64,000 nucleotides of DNA from an uncultured Prevotella sp. (GTDB lineage Bacteria > Bacteroidota > Bacteroidia > Bacteroidales > Bacteroidaceae). Made by a program: the position numbers and the translations under genes. Shown here in pieces: positions 58,487-64,000 of this stretch; the stretch's first letter is position 1; every line of letters begins with the position of its first letter. The stretch lies in assembly GCA_900539625.1 (NCBI GenBank), contig UQCW01000002.1, positions 74,455 through 138,454 of the forward strand, read 5' to 3'. The notes below the pieces were generated by a model that did not search any database, was not told the origin of the DNA, and saw nothing but the letters and a program-made list of their open reading frames with translations.

Positions 58487-59278
58487 TTAACGAAGCGTCC
58501 CTAATAATCTTGTTATAAAAAAAAACAACGAATATTTTTGAGGCTTTTTCAAATAAATTGAGATGTAGGCTCTTATCATACTCATTTTATTTGAAATTAT
58601 TTCTCTTTTTGTCTTACCTCTTGTATAAGCACTATTATCTCTGTATCTACGGTAATAGGTAGCATCTTTAGATGTAAAAGCGACCTTCTTTATTTTATCT
58701 GATATTAAGAACATAAACAAGCTATCTTCTCCATTCTTAAATCTCACGTCGTACCTCCTATCATGTATGAAGCTCATTGGAATGAGCTTCATACATGGTC
58801 CGGAAAAATATTTCCGGACCATGGATGATAATTTTTTACATTTGTGTTTACAAATATATTCATATGCTTTTGTTATACTATATGGCAATTGTTTTTCAAT
58901 ATGTCCATCATTGAAAGCATAAGGATAGCACAACGAAACAGTATCAGGAGTCGCCTTTTCATATAATTCTTTCAGATATGCAGTGGAAATAAGGTCATCA
59001 TCATCAATGAACGTCACATATTCTCCTCTTGCATTGTCAAGTGCTATATTGCGAGCATTAGAAACTCCGCCCGTTTCTGTCTGAAAGAACTGTACGTTCA
59101 GATCTTTGTGTTTTGAAAGCCAATCTAATATTTGGGTATTATATGGCTCATTGCAACCATTTAAAACAAGCACAAGTTCATAATCTGACTTTGGTAATAT
59201 TTGATTGTATATAGAATCAAGACACTCCCATAAATATACCTGAGGTTTATAAGTAGGAACTATAACTGAAATCTTCAT
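58487..59278 (-). CDS. Family 2 glycosyltransferase
   Basis: N-terminus MKISVIVPTYKPQVYLWECLDSIYNQ and DDD motif (FIDDDDLI). Confidence 0.75.
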   Translation of the reverse strand: MKISVIVPTYKPQVYLWECLDSIYNQILPKSDYELVLVLNGCNEPYNTQILDWLSKHKDLNVQFFQTETGGVSNARNIALDNARGEYVTFIDDDDLISTAYLKELYEKATPDTVSLCYPYAFNDGHIEKQLPYSITKAYEYICKHKCKKLSSMVRKYFSGPCMKLIPMSFIHDRRYDVRFKNGEDSLFMFLISDKIKKVAFTSKDATYYRRYRDNSAYTRGKTKREIISNKMSMIRAYISIYLKKPQKYSLFFFITRLLGTLR

Positions 59279-59287
59279 ATATTGTTT

Positions 59288-60505
59288 TTATTGATAAGAT
59301 TGTATCATTTTGATTACACGTTCCATTTGGATTTTGGAATTCTTTTTTTCAATTATGAACCGTCTTCCTGATTCCGAACGTTTTTCACGAATATCCTTAT
59401 CTATGTGAATAACGTTAGAAATACATTCAGCAAATGCGTCCACACTTTCATCTTTTGGAGTATATACATAATCGTAATATTCTTCAGGAATGCCGGGCAA
59501 ACGATTAATTATAACACTTCGCCCTGCAAGTAGATATTCCATTGTTTTTGATGGAAATGAATATCTTGTATATTTCCCTTCACTAGTTCGAGGATTTACG
59601 AGAATTGTTGCTTTATGCTGCATCTCAAGAGCAGTCTTGCTATCCACTAGTCCGAAGAACTTTATACGCGAATCTTTTCTTGCCGCTTCTTCAATTGCTT
59701 CTTCAGAGTCTCCAGACCCGCATATCCACAATTCTACATTTTTATCATGAACCATTCTGAAAGCATTAACAAGATTCATAACGCCAAATATCTTGCGAAG
59801 TGTTCCAGTATAGAGTATAACTTCCTTATTTGTTACTATTGGAACCTGTTTCATATCCATTGTTGAGACATCGACAATCCCCTCCATTACTATGTGTTTG
59901 ACTGGTTTGGAAACATAATCCATCATAGCCTCTGTTAGCAATACTAGGCCATTGCTATTTGCAGTATACTCCATAACCTTGAAATCTCTTTTTGCTAATA
60001 GGTAAGCTTTAATAGGATTTTGTTTATCCATAGCTGTTACCATTGATGGTATATCTGGAATAATGACCGTTTTTGTGAAACGTTTTTTTGTTTTCCTTTC
60101 TGCCATTCTAACAGCGTCAAACAATCGAATATCAGGAGTGTTAATTATAATATGCAAGTCATCTCCTACAAATGAGTTCGTAGCTTTTACAATCAAACGA
60201 GCGCATGAACGAGCTGCACATTTTTCTTTTATGCCCACAAGATTACAAAAACCCGCTGAATCAATATGGGTATTTTTATAATCATAACTTTCCGGTTTCG
60301 TGTATAAATTCTTATTATTATGAGGATAAGAATAAACGCCTGGGATCGTAATACATTTCAAATCTATTCCTTCTTGTTGACAAAGTCCATTAAGTATTGA
60401 CATCTCAAAGTTATGATTTGACATTCCCATTTTCACTTTACAATCTTCGTTTATTGTTCTCAATAAAGTTTGAGGGAAGAATTTTCCTAAATAAATGATA
60501 TTCAT
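59288..60505 (-). CDS. Family 4 (GT-B, group 1) glycosyltransferase
   Basis: C-terminal EX7E-type region …EGKYTRYSFPSKTMEYLLAGRSVII…. Confidence 0.7.
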   Translation of the reverse strand: MNIIYLGKFFPQTLLRTINEDCKVKMGMSNHNFEMSILNGLCQQEGIDLKCITIPGVYSYPHNNKNLYTKPESYDYKNTHIDSAGFCNLVGIKEKCAARSCARLIVKATNSFVGDDLHIIINTPDIRLFDAVRMAERKTKKRFTKTVIIPDIPSMVTAMDKQNPIKAYLLAKRDFKVMEYTANSNGLVLLTEAMMDYVSKPVKHIVMEGIVDVSTMDMKQVPIVTNKEVILYTGTLRKIFGVMNLVNAFRMVHDKNVELWICGSGDSEEAIEEAARKDSRIKFFGLVDSKTALEMQHKATILVNPRTSEGKYTRYSFPSKTMEYLLAGRSVIINRLPGIPEEYYDYVYTPKDESVDAFAECISNVIHIDKDIREKRSESGRRFIIEKKNSKIQMERVIKMIQSYQ

Positions 60506-60521
60506 ATATTATAATATTTTT

Positions 60522-61661
60522 CTATATTCTTTTTGATGCGGAAATAACCATACTCCATATTAATATTAACAAAACGAAGAATAATAACGATCCTTCTATT
60601 ACGGGTTCATCCATAGAATTTAGCATCATGGATAGATACACAGTTAATAATACTGACTTGAAAGGCGTAAGCTTTTGATGCATTGTTTTAAAAAAACATT
60701 TAATAGATACTAACGTTGTTGTAAAGAAAAAGACAAGTGAAATCCATCCTCCAACAGCAGCTAGGTCAAGCCATAAATTATGTGCGTATTTTAATCTTTT
60801 CCAACCAAATGGATGAGTTAAGATATTTGATAAGGCATCACTCCATAATACCGTTCGTCCACCAAATTCAGAAGCATTAGTTGTTGCACTATCTTCTCGC
60901 ATTGAATAAGCGTCTATAACGTCCTTAGGTATAAGCCCAGATTTTATAATAACAAAAAAAACAATTAATAATAAAAGTGTAGTTATTATAAGTTTTGATG
61001 GTTTGAATCGCGTTGAATTGACAAATGAAAAAAGTATACATAATGCCAATAATACAAGCCCTGTACGATTTGCAAGGTGTATAATAATGAGAACCGAAAT
61101 GACACAAATAGAAAAATATAAGATTTTTTTAAATATTTTCAATCTTGAAGAGAATAATATTGAAACAAAACCAATACCTGTTGAACCCATAAGCCCATAT
61201 AAGGTAGCGGCAAGTGTTGTGTCTTCTTTTCCTATATCCGAGAGTAGGCGCCTGCTTTCATTAATAAAACCAACCAAAATCATATCTTGAATTGTCAGTA
61301 GTAATGCTGGCAACAAATAGCATAAAAACATACAAAATAGAAAATTCAATCGTTGTCTGTCTTCTTGCATCCAATCCATAAGCCAACATCCAAATTTATA
61401 AAAAGAGATAGGTGCTATTAAGGTAGATAAAAATACAAAACCACTACCAGTTCCAACTGTTGCATATTGGTTTAGACAATAAAAGCACGAAAAGAGAAAA
61501 AGACAAAAGAAAGCTTTATCATTTTTTAAATTTGTATTTATCAAAAAAAGATTAGCCAAGGAAAAAGTAAACAATAAATATATATTATCTGGCCATAACG
61601 ATGTTATCATTGTAGCAAAAAACAAAGCCAAAACAATATAATGTCTTATAGTTAATTTCAT
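60522..61661 (-). CDS. wzy: O-antigen/capsule repeat-unit polymerase (Wzy, O-antigen ligase family)
   Basis: About 10 TM helices and a periplasmic loop with RTVLWSDA…HNLWLDLAAVGGW, resembling the Wzy_C motif. Confidence 0.6.
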   Translation of the reverse strand: MKLTIRHYIVLALFFATMITSLWPDNIYLLFTFSLANLFLINTNLKNDKAFFCLFLFSCFYCLNQYATVGTGSGFVFLSTLIAPISFYKFGCWLMDWMQEDRQRLNFLFCMFLCYLLPALLLTIQDMILVGFINESRRLLSDIGKEDTTLAATLYGLMGSTGIGFVSILFSSRLKIFKKILYFSICVISVLIIIHLANRTGLVLLALCILFSFVNSTRFKPSKLIITTLLLLIVFFVIIKSGLIPKDVIDAYSMREDSATTNASEFGGRTVLWSDALSNILTHPFGWKRLKYAHNLWLDLAAVGGWISLVFFFTTTLVSIKCFFKTMHQKLTPFKSVLLTVYLSMMLNSMDEPVIEGSLLFFVLLILIWSMVISASKRI

Positions 61662-62917
61662 TATCTTTTACTATTAATGATGGTTTTATATATTGAAAAT
61701 AAGATACTACAATTTAAATTTGGAGAATGACGTTCTGCTGCTATAACATGCATATCAACCTGTTTCTCTGCATCTGCAAAAACCCTACATACCTTCTCCG
61801 CCAACATTTCCACTTCTTCAAAGCGATAAAGGTTTTCTTCATTTCCTTTCATCATATCTGGAATACCACCTACATAACTTGCAATACATGGAGTTCCAAG
61901 AATCTGTGCTTCACCAAGTGAATTAGGACTATTCTCTATGGTTGATGGACAAACAAACACATTCGTACGAAGATATTCTTGCTTCATTTGCTCTCCATTA
62001 AGGCTACCAGTAAATGTGACTTTATCTTCGAGAGCATTTTTATTTATCAGTCTCTTAATGTATCTTCCATATCCTGAGAGACGAAGCTTCTCTGATAAAG
62101 TGCTCGATTTTGTAATATCGGTACCTGCAATTCTAATTGATGTGTCAGGGTAATGACGCAAGATAAAAGGCATAGCCTTAAGAACTTGATGCAATCCCTT
62201 TATCGGATATCCTGCTTGGCTTAAAAAAATGGAATGTTTATTACACTTATTGTAAATCCATCTACTACCATCATAGAAATCAGAACGTAAAGTTTCATTG
62301 CAAAAATGATATTCTGCATTAGGGTTTATAGCCCAAACTCTTGCTTTATCCCATGAGGTGCGACCAATTATGTGTTTAGCATTCTTTATCACCTCTATTT
62401 CATAAGCAGCTCTTTGCTTGAATTGTTTTTGTCCACTCAATATACTTCCTCTAATAATATCTCTAAAGGTCAGATTTCTATATATGTCCTTTTTAGTCAT
62501 TCCGTAGTAGTAGTAGTAGTAGGCAGAAGTAAGACCTTGAATAGAAATAACAACATTGTCACAACCACATGCACTCATATAGGCATATCCATGTGAACAC
62601 TCTGTTCCATGAATGTGAACGACATCTGGATTCACGTCGTTATTCACTTGCTGCCAATATTTGCAATATTCCATATTAAAATTCATATTGCCTTTTCCCA
62701 TCGGAAGGATATAATATAATATATCATGTCCTTCCAATTTAGTAAGTTTATGAACCTTTGTTGAAACTGAAGCAACAGTTAGTTTTACTTCCTTATTCTG
62801 TAGCAAAGCATTCGCCGCTCCAAGCATCCAACCACCAGTTGCTTTAAGTTCACCCGTTCCATTCAAAAGTTGTTCTGCCTCAGGAAATAATATATTAGTA
62901 ATCCAAAGAATTTTCAT
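61661..62917 (-). CDS. Family 4 (group 1) glycosyltransferase
   Basis: N-terminus MKILWITN…; C-terminus …ENSPNSLGEAQILGTPCIASYVGGIPDMM (GT-B E…G…P motif). Confidence 0.7.
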   Translation of the reverse strand: MKILWITNILFPEAEQLLNGTGELKATGGWMLGAANALLQNKEVKLTVASVSTKVHKLTKLEGHDILYYILPMGKGNMNFNMEYCKYWQQVNNDVNPDVVHIHGTECSHGYAYMSACGCDNVVISIQGLTSAYYYYYYGMTKKDIYRNLTFRDIIRGSILSGQKQFKQRAAYEIEVIKNAKHIIGRTSWDKARVWAINPNAEYHFCNETLRSDFYDGSRWIYNKCNKHSIFLSQAGYPIKGLHQVLKAMPFILRHYPDTSIRIAGTDITKSSTLSEKLRLSGYGRYIKRLINKNALEDKVTFTGSLNGEQMKQEYLRTNVFVCPSTIENSPNSLGEAQILGTPCIASYVGGIPDMMKGNEENLYRFEEVEMLAEKVCRVFADAEKQVDMHVIAAERHSPNLNCSILFSIYKTIINSKR

Positions 62918-64000
62918 TGTCTTTATTTTTTATTATTTTTTTATTATATGTCGGTATTAAAAATAATAGTAGATTTATTATACTTAATATCACAAATGAT
63001 AGTACAGTCATTATTGCTCCACCACTATAAGAATATTGATGAACAAATATTGGCATAGCTAAGACAATAGCTATACTGCCTAAAATTGTAGTTATTAGAT
63101 AAAAATGGGGTTTACCTCTTGCTATTGAATAATCATTAATAATATAATATATTGAATTAGTCAAACTGACTAAAGCAAAAATCCTCGCATACGGAACTGA
63201 TTCCATATATTTTCCTGCGGTCAATAACATAACAACAAATGGACAAAGTATAATAAATACTAAGACTACAGAGAATGTCAGTCCCCAACGTATCGCCACA
63301 ACTCTGGCTAATTTCTTTTTGTTATTACTTATGATAGCCTCATAAGTATCTGGTTGGAATGTAGAGCTTATAGAGTTGGTAAATACTCCGAGATATGCAG
63401 CAATACTCGTTCCAACACAATAATAGCCAAACTCTGTGGTATTTCCAATACTCTCAAGAACTGATTTATCATAACCATTAGAATAATATCCAAGTGCAGC
63501 CCCTAATGCAAGAGGCCAACAAAATTGAAGGACAGGCCATAATTCGGACCTTGATGTTTCTATCTTCCAAATGTCTGAATGTTTTATGAGAATATAAATA
63601 AAAATACAAATTTCAACAAGTAAAGGTGCTAACAGTTTTCCAAAAGCTCCCCATTTTATGAAAACAACAAATAGCAACGTGCAACATACTACAACAATTC
63701 CCCTTGTCACAGAAATATTCATATACTCTTTACTTTTTCTTTGCATCTTATAATCTGCTAATTCCAAGTTATAGATGCCTGTAAACGGAATAGTCATTAC
63801 AGCCATATACAAGTATGGGAAAGTAGCCAATGAAGTGTCTGAAATACATTTAACATATATCAGTAGTCCCACAAGACACAATATAGACACGCCAAACGAG
63901 AAGAAAATTAAAGCTTTAAATAAAACTGCATACAAATGTCTCCTTCCATCTTCGTCAAGTTCAAAATAGCGTTTGTTATAATAATGAATCATATAAAAAG
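62895..64000 (-). CDS. wzx: Polysaccharide flippase (Wzx/MOP family), probably 5'-truncated by window edge
   Basis: Multi-TM protein with Wzx-like topology. ATG at 63992 gives only 365 aa, and the frame stays open to the window end, so the true start may lie beyond 64000. Confidence 0.55.
   Translation of the reverse strand, partial: FYMIHYYNKRYFELDEDGRRHLYAVLFKALIFFSFGVSILCLVGLLIYVKCISDTSLATFPYLYMAVMTIPFTGIYNLELADYKMQRKSKEYMNISVTRGIVVVCCTLLFVVFIKWGAFGKLLAPLLVEICIFIYILIKHSDIWKIETSRSELWPVLQFCWPLALGAALGYYSNGYDKSVLESIGNTTEFGYYCVGTSIAAYLGVFTNSISSTFQPDTYEAIISNNKKKLARVVAIRWGLTFSVVLVFIILCPFVVMLLTAGKYMESVPYARIFALVSLTNSIYYIINDYSIARGKPHFYLITTILGSIAIVLAMPIFVHQYSYSGGAIMTVLSFVILSIINLLLFLIPTYNKKIIKNKDNENSLDY

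Noticed and set aside
62895-63992. Wzx as a complete 365-aa gene
   Set aside because: That is short for a 12-TM flippase, and the frame remains open to the window edge. It is treated as possibly truncated by the window rather than asserted complete.

Overview
The window looks like a Bacteroidales (Bacteroides/Prevotella-like) chromosome segment, AT-rich and compactly packed with genes. It has four parts.

- **1..2700, housekeeping:** the 3' end of a TonB-dependent receptor gene, a GC-rich palindromic repeat, a strong bidirectional terminator and manC (mannose-1-phosphate guanylyltransferase).
- **2900..34700, accessory region with the gene set of a mobilizable or cryptic conjugative element:** an Abi_2 abortive-infection gene, SSB, a PRTase+SLOG gene pair, a resolvase-like protein, a MobV/Pre relaxase, OmpA, a DUF2958 protein, ArdC, a second OB-fold protein, glucosaminidase+M23 and two more M23 peptidases, an ArdC-N–MutS domain I fusion, a Toprim protein and many hypothetical ORFs. 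No T4SS/coupling-protein genes or tyrosine integrase are visible. The region also holds a ~195-bp tandem repeat with nested hairpins and an iteron-like repeat cluster.
- **34700..51030, candidate defense island:** mostly one minus-strand gene array. It contains a DUF4143 AAA ATPase, an SF2 DEAH helicase with a repeat-rich C-terminal half plus a paralogous repeat protein, a structured intergenic RNA-like region, a SIR2-like protein overlapping an HNH-motif protein, a KAP-type P-loop NTPase, a small ORF, and a 1034-aa calcineurin-like metallophosphoesterase–STAND NTPase fusion. This array is the most likely place for an undescribed anti-phage system.
- **51045..64000, capsular/O-polysaccharide locus on the minus strand:** WbuC cupin, initiating sugar-1-P transferase, DegT aminotransferase, nucleotidyltransferase, GT2, FrhB-like oxidoreductase, pyruvyl transferase, GT2, GT4, Wzy, GT4, Wzx (partial). 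It ends only 22 bp upstream of the defense array on the same strand.

No rRNA, tRNA or CRISPR array was recognised. All functional calls come from motif reading without database searches.
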